64,000 bases of DNA, from the NCBI GenBank assembly GCA_963674705.1, contig OY771506.1, forward strand, positions 512,001 through 576,000. Reading direction: 5' to 3'. Source of the stretch: Phycisphaeraceae bacterium (GTDB taxonomy: Bacteria > Planctomycetota > Phycisphaerae > Phycisphaerales > Phycisphaeraceae). Below, in pieces: positions 39,251 to 48,973 of this stretch (the first letter of the stretch is position 1; each line of letters begins with the position of its first letter). The notes below the pieces were generated by a model that ran no database searches, was not told where the DNA came from, and saw only the letters and a list, made by a program, of their open reading frames with translations. Made by a program: the position numbers and the translations under genes.

Positions 39251-39481
39251 GCTTCGAGATAAACAAAGTTCCTTACAGGCACCTCGTAGAAAGGCAGATC
39301 CAGATAATGACAACATTTACTCAGCCACCTCATCGCTAGCCTTTATAGGCCCGGCTTCATGGGACATTATTGACCATCCCCGGGGTAACGCCAAATGCGG
39401 CCGATACAGTAGTGATGCTCAAGCGGTATTGGTCAAGGCCAATCTAGAATAGAATTTGAAAAATAATGGGGTGCCCTGGAT

Positions 39482-40249
39482 TTACCGTCCCATCCACCCG
39501 CCATCGACGGTCAGGACTTCGCCGTGGACGTAGTTTGAAGCATTGGACGCGAGGAAGACGACCGGCCCTTTGAAGTCGGCCTGCTCACCCCAGCGGCCTG
39601 CGGGGATGCGGGTAAGCATCTGCTCGCTACGAGCCGTATCACTACGCAGAGCCTGGGTATTGTCGGTAGCGATATACCCCGGTGCGATTGCGTTGACATT
39701 CACGCCTTTGCTGGCCCATTCATTCGCTAGGCCTTTGACTAACGTTGCGATCCCGCCTTTGCTTGCGGTGTAGCCCGGCACCGTGATACCGCCTTGGAAG
39801 CTCAATAGCGAGGCGGTGAAAATGATCTTGCCGTAGCCCTGTTCCAGCATCTGCCGGCCCATCTCGCGGCTGAGGACAAATTGCGCGCTGAGATTAACTT
39901 CAATCACCTCATCCCACCAATCGTCGGGGTGTTCGGCGGCAGGCTTGCGCTTGATAGTGCCCGCGTTGTTGACGAGGATATCGATGCGTAGGTGTTCTGT
40001 GGTCACGTGGGTAATGAAAGCGTACGGCGCGGAGCGGTCGCCAAAGTCGCATTGATAGCCACGGAATCGCTTGCCCCTGGCCTGGACCGCTTTCTCAATC
40101 TCGCTGCCTTTGGATTCCAGCGACGCGCTGACGCCGATGATGTCGGCTCCGGCCTCGGCCATCGCGAATCCGATACCACGTTTGCAGCCGGTCACGAGTG
40201 CGACCCTTACCGTCAGGTCGAAGCTTTCCAGCGCGGTCATATCAATCAC
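39482..40249 (-). CDS. kduD: 2-deoxy-D-gluconate 3-dehydrogenase (SDR)
   Basis: TGCKRGIG, NNAG, ASLLSFQGGITVPGYTASK, NEWASKGVNVNAIAPGYIATDNT; overlaps kduI. Confidence 0.88.
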   Translation of the reverse strand: MIDMTALESFDLTVRVALVTGCKRGIGFAMAEAGADIIGVSASLESKGSEIEKAVQARGKRFRGYQCDFGDRSAPYAFITHVTTEHLRIDILVNNAGTIKRKPAAEHPDDWWDEVIEVNLSAQFVLSREMGRQMLEQGYGKIIFTASLLSFQGGITVPGYTASKGGIATLVKGLANEWASKGVNVNAIAPGYIATDNTQALRSDTARSEQMLTRIPAGRWGEQADFKGPVVFLASNASNYVHGEVLTVDGGWMGR

Positions 40250-41076
40250 CCTAATTCAGGAATCGTGACGGCGTCCATGTCAGCAAAGCGTTGGTTTTCG
40301 CCACCCATACCCCAAAGAAACCGGTAGTTGGACGTGCCGCAGCCACAGTGGATCGACCAGGGTGGGGAGAGTACGGCCTGCGCCTCGGACAGCCACAGCC
40401 CGCGTGTCTCAGTGGGCTCGCCCATCAGATGAAGCACGCGATGGTCCTGGGTAATATCGAAGTACAGGTACACTTCGCTGCGGCGGTTATGGGTATGTGG
40501 CGGCATGGTGTTCCACACACTCCCGGTCGCCAGTTCGGTGTAACCCATCACGAGTTGGCAGCTCTTGATTCCGTCTTCGTGGATGTATTGGAAGATAGTG
40601 CGTTTATTGGCGGCGTCATCGGACCCGAGGTCTACACGGTTGGCTTGTTCGCGTGTGACGTGAGTGGTGGCGTACTCGGTATGCGCAGGGTAGCTCAGCA
40701 AGATGTACTTCGCGGGTGACCCGGCGGACGTGCTTTCCAAGACGACCTCCTGGCTGCCCCGGCCGACGTAAAGTACGTCCAGATTGGCCATGTCATGTCG
40801 GATCCCGTCAACTATCACCGAGCCCGCACCACCGATGTTCATCACGCCAAGTTCGCGACGTTGGCAGAAGTAATCGGCTCGCAGGGCGTCGTCGGCAGTC
40901 AATAGGATCGGTGCGTCGGTGGGTACGGCGGAGCCTACTACCGCTCGATCCACATCGGTATATGTCAGCGACAGCTCGCCGGAGCAGAACAGGTTCTCGA
41001 TCAGAAACGATTCACGTAGCTCGGCGTTGGTCATCCGGCGATAACTTTGCGCGTCCGCAGTGCGTTGCATTCTCAT
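40246..41076 (-). CDS. kduI: 5-dehydro-4-deoxy-D-glucuronate isomerase
   Basis: RRELGVMNIGG, SCQLVMGYTEL, SVWNTMPPHTHNRRSEVYLYF and WGMGGENQ. Confidence 0.95.
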   Translation of the reverse strand: MRMQRTADAQSYRRMTNAELRESFLIENLFCSGELSLTYTDVDRAVVGSAVPTDAPILLTADDALRADYFCQRRELGVMNIGGAGSVIVDGIRHDMANLDVLYVGRGSQEVVLESTSAGSPAKYILLSYPAHTEYATTHVTREQANRVDLGSDDAANKRTIFQYIHEDGIKSCQLVMGYTELATGSVWNTMPPHTHNRRSEVYLYFDITQDHRVLHLMGEPTETRGLWLSEAQAVLSPPWSIHCGCGTSNYRFLWGMGGENQRFADMDAVTIPELG

Positions 41077-41103
41077 TTATGTAAGCTCCTCGGATATCTA
41101 AAT

Positions 41104-43710
41104 TCAGTCCGCATGGTCCAGACGGATCGGATTCGAATAACGTGATGACATCTTACCTAGATAATCGAACCACGCGGTTGCGTCAGGGAAGTCTCCGCTT
41201 TTAGACCAGCCCGCCCCAGCGTAGTAGACAAACGGCTTGCCAATCTGGATCTCCGTCACCACCAGCGTATGCGTATTGGTCTCATCGTGCGCGTTTGCAC
41301 CAACGCCCGATGTGCGTGTCTGGGTGTGTGCCGTGACCTTGAAGTCGTTGTGAGGCAGAATGGCACCGATGCCGGTATGTACGTACTCACCGTTGCGGGG
41401 TTCCCAGTAGCCGACCCAGCCATCGCCCGATTCCGCCTTTCCCCCTCCTTTACGGTTCACGAGCCCCACAGCGATCGGCAGGGCACCGGCCTTGCCTTCA
41501 AACTTGAATACAGATTCGATCCGACTGAGATTGCGTCCGCGGTCGAGACTGATCCGTTTCGTCTCACTTATTTCGCCCAAAGGTGTGTCCCATGGAGCGA
41601 AGTCCAACTCGAAAAGGACACGGATCGGCCCGTTGGCGAGTACGCGCGCGGTCGTGTAGTGGCCGGATGTCCACAGCTTACCATCGGCGTACACACCCAG
41701 GCCTCCAGCGCCACGGCTCTTGCCGACCTTGTAGCTGTCAGCGCCTTCACCGTGGTCGGTGTGGTAATCCTCGCTGGCGTACCACTTGTCAATGATCGGG
41801 TAACGAACGGACTTCGTCCATACATCGATGCCGCTGCCTGCATCGTTGGCGGATTCCAACGCAGGGCCGTACGTACGGTAGGCTATGCGGTCACTCTCCC
41901 AAGCGAAGTCGTCTACACGCTCGGGGACCGGCCGCCCAAAGACACGGGATGTCGAAACGGGCAGCTCATGATCAACCTTATAGATACGGAAGGACTTGGC
42001 TTGCTTGGCTTGGAAGTGAGTCTGTATGAGCAGTTGATCCGGTTTGCCGTCTGCATCGTTATCCATTACCTGGGTCAGCAGCAACTCACCGGTGAGCTCG
42101 TCCAGAACAGCCACATTCTTCGGGGTCAACTCATCCAGTTTGCTGGTGATACTTGCCCAGTCGAATTCAATCGTCTCGTTCAGCCGCAGTACCTCCAGAT
42201 CATTTCGGCCGACAAGCCGGATGGATGGTGCACCCTCGAGCAGTGTCATCTTGTGGACTTCGGCCGCGGCGAGGAGCAGGCCACCGATGCCGTAGGGCAT
42301 GGTGGCTTCGGGATCGAAGTCGTTGGGATGCTCACCGATGGGCTGGGTGCGTGTAAGTTTGCCATTTGGCTTGGTGACGCCGACCAGCGCCCGCCAGCCC
42401 CTGTCAACGACGGGACGATAGACTTCGGCATCGAGCAGACCATGGTTTATTCCCCACGCCAGGCCGTAGACGAAGAACGCCGTGCCGCTGGTTTCAGACT
42501 TCTTCCAGCGCACGGGATCAAGCAGGCCCATGGGCCAGAATCCGGCGTCACCCTGGATCGTTCGAATTTTCTCGGCCATCTGCTTATAAAGCGTCAAGTA
42601 CCGCGCGCGGTTGGGGTGATCGATCGGTAGATCCTCAAGCATCCGTGTCAGGCCCGCGAACACCCAGCCGTTGCCACGCGCCCAGAAGACACGTTCGCCG
42701 TTCGGCTCGGTCTTCTCGAAGAAGCTGCTGTCCCGCTGGTACAGGTGCCGTTTCGTATCGTACAGGTAATCCGTGGTTTTCCACCAAAGGCTGTCGGCGA
42801 AGTCAAGGTAGCGCCGGTCGCCTGTGGCGGTGTAGAGCCGGGCTAGCGTCGGCGGCCCCATGAAGAGGGCATCGCACCAGGCCAACTCTCTTGTCTCGAT
42901 CTTATTTTTCCATTCGAGTGATTCGTCCCAGGTCTCGGTCATGATCCGATCGAAACGTTCACGTGTCGGCGCGAGCATCGCGAGCCGCTGGTCATGCAGG
43001 TATACCGCGGCATAGGGCCAACCGATCGCCCAGTCGTCTGCGTGCCGGGGGCGACCGCCGAGTTTCCAACCGTTCCTTACGCAAACCCGGTGCACCTCAT
43101 CAAGCATGTCCTGATCGTGCATCTGCTCTGCAAACTTGATTAATCCGGTCAGGTAAGTCGCCCAGACCCACTCACGGTAATTTTTGCTCCAATACTTGTA
43201 GTACCTGCCGTACTCGGGCGTGTTCTCGAAGTGGTCGAGCTGCCACTGTGCGGCCCGATGCCCCACATCGGCGACACACGAGGGGGTCAGATCGTCGCAT
43301 AACGGAGGCGGCGACGGGTCTGGGGCGATCGTCGGTTGTTTGGCGGTCTGCTGTCCCTGTGCCGCCAGGATATCCGGGCCTGCTGTCTTAGTGACTCTGC
43401 CAACGTCCCGGTTATTCCAGCCAACGAACGTCGTGATCGGCCCCCGCGGCCCGAGCAGCGCGGTGGTGTTGTCTTCCTGTGAGAAGGACACTGTACTCAT
43501 CGACCGCATCGTGCCATCGGGATGCTCTGTATCAACGACCAAACGCTCATCCTGATACCAGTGCCATACCTCGTTTGGAGCGGCGACGGTATTGGTCAGC
43601 GTGAACAGGATACCGCTGTTGATCATATCAGCGCCAAGAACGTAGTCTGTGGCTGATGGAGCGATAGTACATAGAACGAGAATACTCAATCTGTAGATCG
43701 GGCAGAACAT
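41104..43710 (-). CDS. GH105/GH88 unsaturated glucuronyl hydrolase fused to a DUF4861-like domain
   Basis: HADD, WCDALFMGPP, FWARGNGW, ETSGTAFF and YGIGGLLLA, then DDFAWESDRIAYRTYGP, SGIDVWTK and YYAGAGWSK. The N-terminal ~130 aa appear chimeric. Confidence 0.87.
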   Translation of the reverse strand: MFCPIYRLSILVLCTIAPSATDYVLGADMINSGILFTLTNTVAAPNEVWHWYQDERLVVDTEHPDGTMRSMSTVSFSQEDNTTALLGPRGPITTFVGWNNRDVGRVTKTAGPDILAAQGQQTAKQPTIAPDPSPPPLCDDLTPSCVADVGHRAAQWQLDHFENTPEYGRYYKYWSKNYREWVWATYLTGLIKFAEQMHDQDMLDEVHRVCVRNGWKLGGRPRHADDWAIGWPYAAVYLHDQRLAMLAPTRERFDRIMTETWDESLEWKNKIETRELAWCDALFMGPPTLARLYTATGDRRYLDFADSLWWKTTDYLYDTKRHLYQRDSSFFEKTEPNGERVFWARGNGWVFAGLTRMLEDLPIDHPNRARYLTLYKQMAEKIRTIQGDAGFWPMGLLDPVRWKKSETSGTAFFVYGLAWGINHGLLDAEVYRPVVDRGWRALVGVTKPNGKLTRTQPIGEHPNDFDPEATMPYGIGGLLLAAAEVHKMTLLEGAPSIRLVGRNDLEVLRLNETIEFDWASITSKLDELTPKNVAVLDELTGELLLTQVMDNDADGKPDQLLIQTHFQAKQAKSFRIYKVDHELPVSTSRVFGRPVPERVDDFAWESDRIAYRTYGPALESANDAGSGIDVWTKSVRYPIIDKWYASEDYHTDHGEGADSYKVGKSRGAGGLGVYADGKLWTSGHYTTARVLANGPIRVLFELDFAPWDTPLGEISETKRISLDRGRNLSRIESVFKFEGKAGALPIAVGLVNRKGGGKAESGDGWVGYWEPRNGEYVHTGIGAILPHNDFKVTAHTQTRTSGVGANAHDETNTHTLVVTEIQIGKPFVYYAGAGWSKSGDFPDATAWFDYLGKMSSRYSNPIRLDHAD

Positions 43711-44026
43711 ACAATAAATCCTCCAGCAACAGAATATTAAAATGTATTAGCGTGTGTGCTTTTCCCGAATATTGTGGATGACGCAATGAAAATGGCGGCG
43801 TCCTTTGGGTGTGTTCAAACATGCCCATTCCCCTATACAAAGGAGAACGCCACCATTGAAGTGGTCCATTGTGCACCGATCTGGTCGTTTCTGCTGTAAA
43901 CAAGGCGCGCAGCAGGCCTATTTTTTTCAATTCTCGCGATATCATGGTTGTATTCGCTTATCTGAACAACAACAGAATTGTGAAAGCCGTTTTTAATTAA
44001 AGCCGTGTCTCCAAGATAAATTAGCA

Positions 44027-44170
44027 ATGACGGACCAAAGCCTACTAGCCGGGTATGTGCATGCCCGTGACCATAAGGCGTTCGAGTTAATCGTGACGCG
44101 CTACCAAGGTATGGTCTACGCCGTCTGCCAGCGTCCTCTGAATAACTGCGCAGATATCGATGATGTACAC
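44027..44170 (+). pseudogene. Truncated ECF sigma factor (region 2 start only)
   Basis: MTDQSLLAGYVHARDHKAFELIVTRYQGMVYAVCQRPLNNCADIDDV resembles planctomycete ECF N-termini, then similarity stops and region 4 is absent. Confidence 0.65.
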
Positions 44171-44495
44171 GGACGATCGCCAAACACCCAATACGGGCTG
44201 GCTTTCAAGCTGGCCGAAGCACAGTACAAGGGATATTACTCGAGGATAACTGTGTCAAACATCCAAACCAACGACACCCATCGCAGCGCGGTTGCTGCGC
44301 AGTGACTGAGTGATGGCTGAACTTCGATGTCCATGATCAGTTCGTATTCTGCCAGATTCTCGATCACAATCCGCTGGGCCACTAGAACTGGTTTCAAAAC
44401 GGTATCTGTTAGGTGAGAGATCGCGGATAATTACACAGGATTAGACATTGTTAGAGATTCTGAAACAGCTTCTACACACAGCGCAGGAATTACTT

Positions 44496-45662
44496 CTAAA
44501 GAGTGTCCAGCAATTGACCCTTATGGACACACTCCATAATCATTGCTTCGATATCTTTAATTACACTGTATTCATTATCCTGCAGGTCTCCCGCCGGAGT
44601 GAGTGTGCCAGAATCGATATCTATCACAGAAGTATTTTGGGAAGCTAGTTCGCAAGCCATAACATGTTGACGTACATTAGCAAGTGATGCGGGTTCATAA
44701 CTTTCGACTTTCCCTTGAATAAGACCGACCAGAGTCGGAGCGATCAGGTAATGTGACTGATTATTACATGGTATACGTTCACAATCACCATCATGCTCAA
44801 TAATTATATTCCTATTATCCGTCACATTGATATGGCCCCGTTCGGTGTATACCCTCACGGTGGGTGTGACTTCGGTACGGCTTGCGTGAGTCAGATGAAC
44901 GTCAACTTCTATGCCTGATGTCGTGGTGATCCGCATACTGATCGTATCATAATTCTCAATATTCGCTGCTCGGTAGAGATAAGATTGTACGTGCTTTACT
45001 TCTGCGGCTGCCCCCGGCGTTGAGCCGCTCAGAAACAATGCTAGCATGATATAATGGGACATTGCATTGCAGGCAGGACTGTCGTTGACGATACGCTGAC
45101 CGATACGCTTGCGCCCCGCCCAATCGTTGCGTAAATAGTACTGACTACTCCTGGGCCAGCAACCATAAACAACGGCCCGCTTAATTTTTCCCAGTCGTCC
45201 ACTTGCCAAGGTATTATTTGCATCCAGTATCACTGGATCAAACAAGTGGTGAAAGGCGACAAGAACGGGTAATCCCGTTTTCTTCTGAACCGATATCATT
45301 GCGTCTACATCCTGCACGCATCCCGCTGCCGGCTTCTCACATATTACGGCTATCCCCCTTTCCAAAGCTGCAATCGTATATTCCCGATGCAAGTGAATGG
45401 GTAACGGCAACCACACCGCGTCCAGATCCATAGCAAACAACTCATCCGCACTGCGAACAATCTTAATGTCAACTTCACGATACTTGTTGATCAGCGTAGA
45501 ACATTCTTGGGGTGAAGGATCACAAGCGGCAACAAACTGGATACCGTCGACCTCTTTGATGTGTTGCTCTGCTAACCGACTATATACCGCACCGCCATAA
45601 CCGCGTATACCTATTGTTCCAAATCGTAGCGCCTGGCCTGATTTTCTTGTGGTTAAAGACAT
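44496..45662 (-). CDS. Cytoplasmic Gfo/Idh/MocA oxidoreductase
   Basis: IGIRGYG, LPIHLH, ICEKPAA and WPRSSQYYLRNDWAG; no Tat signal. Confidence 0.85.
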   Translation of the reverse strand: MSLTTRKSGQALRFGTIGIRGYGGAVYSRLAEQHIKEVDGIQFVAACDPSPQECSTLINKYREVDIKIVRSADELFAMDLDAVWLPLPIHLHREYTIAALERGIAVICEKPAAGCVQDVDAMISVQKKTGLPVLVAFHHLFDPVILDANNTLASGRLGKIKRAVVYGCWPRSSQYYLRNDWAGRKRIGQRIVNDSPACNAMSHYIMLALFLSGSTPGAAAEVKHVQSYLYRAANIENYDTISMRITTTSGIEVDVHLTHASRTEVTPTVRVYTERGHINVTDNRNIIIEHDGDCERIPCNNQSHYLIAPTLVGLIQGKVESYEPASLANVRQHVMACELASQNTSVIDIDSGTLTPAGDLQDNEYSVIKDIEAMIMECVHKGQLLDTL

Positions 45663-45801
45663 ACTGAACTATTCAGCTATCGCTAGAGAAAATCCAAAGC
45701 AATGAATTCTACCATGAGTATTCATGCTTTCATAAGCCGCGTTTGAATCAAAACTGTTCCGGCTCCCATTGGTTAGTGAGTTATCGGTTAAGAATAATTA
45801 A

Positions 45802-47967
45802 TTATGTGCGTCTACGTAAGATCGCCGTGCTACAAACACCAAGTATCACCGCGCTGGCGGGCTCGGGAATCGTTGGGATACTTCCGGAAGGTGGGGTGCC
45901 CATGTTCCACTGATTCAAAATGATGTCCAGATCGTCCAGGCCGACGAACCCATCACGGTTTATATCGCCTTGCAGCCTCGGCATCACTTCTGCAAAGCCA
46001 ATGCCGTCATACCAGATTCGTCCTGAATCAGCAGTGCTGTCATCATCAATAAATACGCTAATCGATTCACCTTGAGCAAGATCAATCCTGCCAAGATAGG
46101 CGCGATAGAGCGAGCGGTTGGCCTCATCAAGCAGTAACGTCGTATCAAATTGTGTCTCATCGGCTTGCTGAGAACCGCGCCGACGATAAACCATAAGATT
46201 GTCTTCAGACAATCCGGCTAGGATGCGCCAGTCAGCATCCATCGCACTCCAGAAGTAAGCGAACACATCATACGTGCCCTCGCTCAGGTCTGTCACTGTT
46301 GTTTCGAGTGTAGGCACACTCTCGCTGTCGTTCTCATCCGCTGTGAAGACGTTTGAGCCATTGGCGAAGCCGGTGCGGAGATGCCAGTTGTTGTCCGCGG
46401 CTCCTTGGCTTGAACCGGTCGTGGGATTGAATGCGAGCCCGTCAGCGCGTGTGGTGTTGCTCAGATCCGCATCGAGGTATTCAACCCAACAGAGCTGTTC
46501 TGTGTCACGGATGACCACCCCGGTCACGGCGGTATCGAAGTACTGTGATGAACTCATATCACCACGCCACCAGATCAATGCTGTTTCCTCTTCATTCCAA
46601 GCCGGCACAATGGGGCGTAGGTTGTCATAAGATGAGTTCTCCGTGATGGGCGTCCATGCCCATGTTGCGCCCTTGTTATACGTTATCCCCTTGTATATCT
46701 CATGGTGTGCGAGGTTAGTGTTGGTATTGGGATCGATCTCGGTAGAAATGTAGACGACATTGGGATTATTGGGGTCCAGCGCGCCGAGACCTGTGTAATC
46801 GGTCTCGTTACCACCGAACAAAGAAGCACCGGCACGGGCGATCTCATGGGTACTCCAAGTCTGTGTGTTTGGATCAAAGCGGGCGAACCATACATTGTGA
46901 TTGTTAGACCCGACTGTGTGGCTGCTGAAGGCCCCGTCTCGTGCCTTAAACAGCATACTGATCGACCCATCCGGGTACGACTGGATGTCGCTGTTCCATG
47001 CCCGGGAGTTCTCGGTCGTACCTGCTTGGAATACCTTTGTGAAGTCGTCTGTGGACGTGACGTTGCTGGCGTTAAATGAAGTTGCGGCGTCGAAAATGTC
47101 GCCATCAATCACGTTGCCGGCCGAATCGTACATTTTCCCGCCTTGGATATAGGCATGGTAGATACTGGTGTTGTAGTCGCGCGGGTGATATTCGGTGGCG
47201 ATGATATCGATACGGTCCACACCGTTGGATACGTACTTGTAGTACCCATTGACGTAGCTGCTGACCGGCGGGGTTGCGTTCTGCTTAGTCAGCTGGCCGC
47301 CGTAGTTCCACGACGCGCCATTGTCATCGGAATACATGATGTGCGGGCTTTGCTGCGTGCGAGCGATGTTATAGAGCCGGCCATTACCGTCGCCATCTGT
47401 GTCTTCCGCCGAGAGTTGGAAGACGTTTGAGTAGGTTGTGCCACCCGAGCCCGGGGCATTAGCGGGGATCACGTCCCACCAGTGATACTCCGATTGGGCG
47501 TTCCAAGTCTGCGTCGAAGCGTCGAGAGTGCGATAGAAACTACGATCATCCTCAACGCTAAACACATTGTTATGACCAGCATAGAAGGCTAATACATCGC
47601 CGTCTTCTTTAACTAAAAGCCCTGGGACATTATGGTCGTCGCCCCCCCCGTATGACTCGATATCACCTAACACCGAAGCGTTGCGCAGCCCTGTATTAAG
47701 ATCGAATCGAGTTACCCGGACGTGCCCATCTACAGCCTCACCGCCGTAACCACCACGGTTAGCAATAGAGCCAATTAAAATCTGATTGTTTGCCGTGTCG
47801 ACTACCGCACGTTCGTCCTGATACCAACTCCATGCTCCATTTTCGGAGAATTGGATCAGGTTGCCATGGACATAGTCAACAGATGTCTGTGCGGAAGCAG
47901 AGTGGGAATATACGATCCCTATCAGGAGGGTGAGCATTGCACTACGTTGTACTAATGAATACTTCAT
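45802..47967 (-). CDS. Secreted BNR-4 repeat beta-propeller protein with dockerin-like repeat and PEP-CTERM tail
   Basis: Signal peptide, NGAWSWYQDERA, DDHN, TYSN, YSDDNGASW (BNR), EYHPR, NLRP, GDINRDGFVGLDDL and IPEPAS + TM + RRR. Confidence 0.8.
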   Translation of the reverse strand: MKYSLVQRSAMLTLLIGIVYSHSASAQTSVDYVHGNLIQFSENGAWSWYQDERAVVDTANNQILIGSIANRGGYGGEAVDGHVRVTRFDLNTGLRNASVLGDIESYGGGDDHNVPGLLVKEDGDVLAFYAGHNNVFSVEDDRSFYRTLDASTQTWNAQSEYHWWDVIPANAPGSGGTTYSNVFQLSAEDTDGDGNGRLYNIARTQQSPHIMYSDDNGASWNYGGQLTKQNATPPVSSYVNGYYKYVSNGVDRIDIIATEYHPRDYNTSIYHAYIQGGKMYDSAGNVIDGDIFDAATSFNASNVTSTDDFTKVFQAGTTENSRAWNSDIQSYPDGSISMLFKARDGAFSSHTVGSNNHNVWFARFDPNTQTWSTHEIARAGASLFGGNETDYTGLGALDPNNPNVVYISTEIDPNTNTNLAHHEIYKGITYNKGATWAWTPITENSSYDNLRPIVPAWNEEETALIWWRGDMSSSQYFDTAVTGVVIRDTEQLCWVEYLDADLSNTTRADGLAFNPTTGSSQGAADNNWHLRTGFANGSNVFTADENDSESVPTLETTVTDLSEGTYDVFAYFWSAMDADWRILAGLSEDNLMVYRRRGSQQADETQFDTTLLLDEANRSLYRAYLGRIDLAQGESISVFIDDDSTADSGRIWYDGIGFAEVMPRLQGDINRDGFVGLDDLDIILNQWNMGTPPSGSIPTIPEPASAVILGVCSTAILRRRT

Positions 47968-48023
47968 TGATATTTATTTCTCCATATTTCCTGGAGATAT
48001 CCCAAAGGTTTTAGAAAGAGAGA

Positions 48024-48872
48024 CTACTTTGCGGGAGAGTCGTTGAACATTTCCAGAGTGATGGACTTCCAGTCGAGTTCAACAGCTTCGGCGTGGCCGT
48101 CAAAGAACGCTAATGTAGTTCTGCCACGGTGACGGTCGTCATCGGCAGCAATCAGCCGGCTGCCGGGGCGCGGGCGTCCATTAAAGTACTCGAAGTTCAG
48201 ATGATTCTTGGTGTAAACACCAGAGACAGCAAGTTGCCAGTTCTTAAGGGTATAGCCGCTTTGTGCTATTAGGTCAGTGATGTTCATTTCGGCAAAGAGA
48301 TATGTGCCACTGGTGCGGGTGACCATATCGACAGATTCAACAGCAGACCATCTGCCCCCATAGCTTCCACGATATGTTGTTTCGAGATATAGATTGTGTT
48401 CTTTGAATCCTTGGAACCATAGGGAGTTGACAGCATAGCCCAGCGAATAAGTCCGGTCGTCCACAGATGGGCAGTGGAACAGGTCATCGTGCTTGTCCAT
48501 CCAGTCAGAAACATCGGTTGATCCGGGATTGACGATATCGCCTTGCGGTTTATCCAGGCCGAGATATTCCGCCAACGCGTAGAAGGTAAATCCCAAACCA
48601 TTGTCTGTATTACCGGGCCCGAAGTCTTTGAATATGTTGTCTCGGTAGCCGCCGCGCACCATATAATCTCTGTTGTCGGCAGCGAAGGAACACTCGGCCT
48701 GCCCGAAGCTGCGTTGATTCGCCAAGCACTGAACTTGCTTCGCGGTGGCACGGGCGGCTCCAAGCGCCGGCAAGAGGATGCCGATCAGCAAGGCGATGAT
48801 TGAAATCACCACAAGCAATTCAATAAGTGTAAATCCTTTTATCTGTAATGGTTTAATATGCATTGCATACAT
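48024..48872 (-). CDS. Prepilin-type N-terminal cleavage/methylation protein with H-X9-DG C-terminus (DUF1559-like)
   Basis: GFTLIELLVVISIIALLIGILLPALGAAR, CLAN, FHCPS and RHRGRTTLAFFDGH. Confidence 0.92.
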   Translation of the reverse strand: MYAMHIKPLQIKGFTLIELLVVISIIALLIGILLPALGAARATAKQVQCLANQRSFGQAECSFAADNRDYMVRGGYRDNIFKDFGPGNTDNGLGFTFYALAEYLGLDKPQGDIVNPGSTDVSDWMDKHDDLFHCPSVDDRTYSLGYAVNSLWFQGFKEHNLYLETTYRGSYGGRWSAVESVDMVTRTSGTYLFAEMNITDLIAQSGYTLKNWQLAVSGVYTKNHLNFEYFNGRPRPGSRLIAADDDRHRGRTTLAFFDGHAEAVELDWKSITLEMFNDSPAK

Positions 48873-48973
48873 CCTGTAGTGGGAGAGTGCTTACTGGGTG
48901 TGGCTACCAGATGTCTGTGCGCTGTAAATGCCCGCCGTGGGCGAGCGAACCCACGGCAGACGAGGATTGAGGG

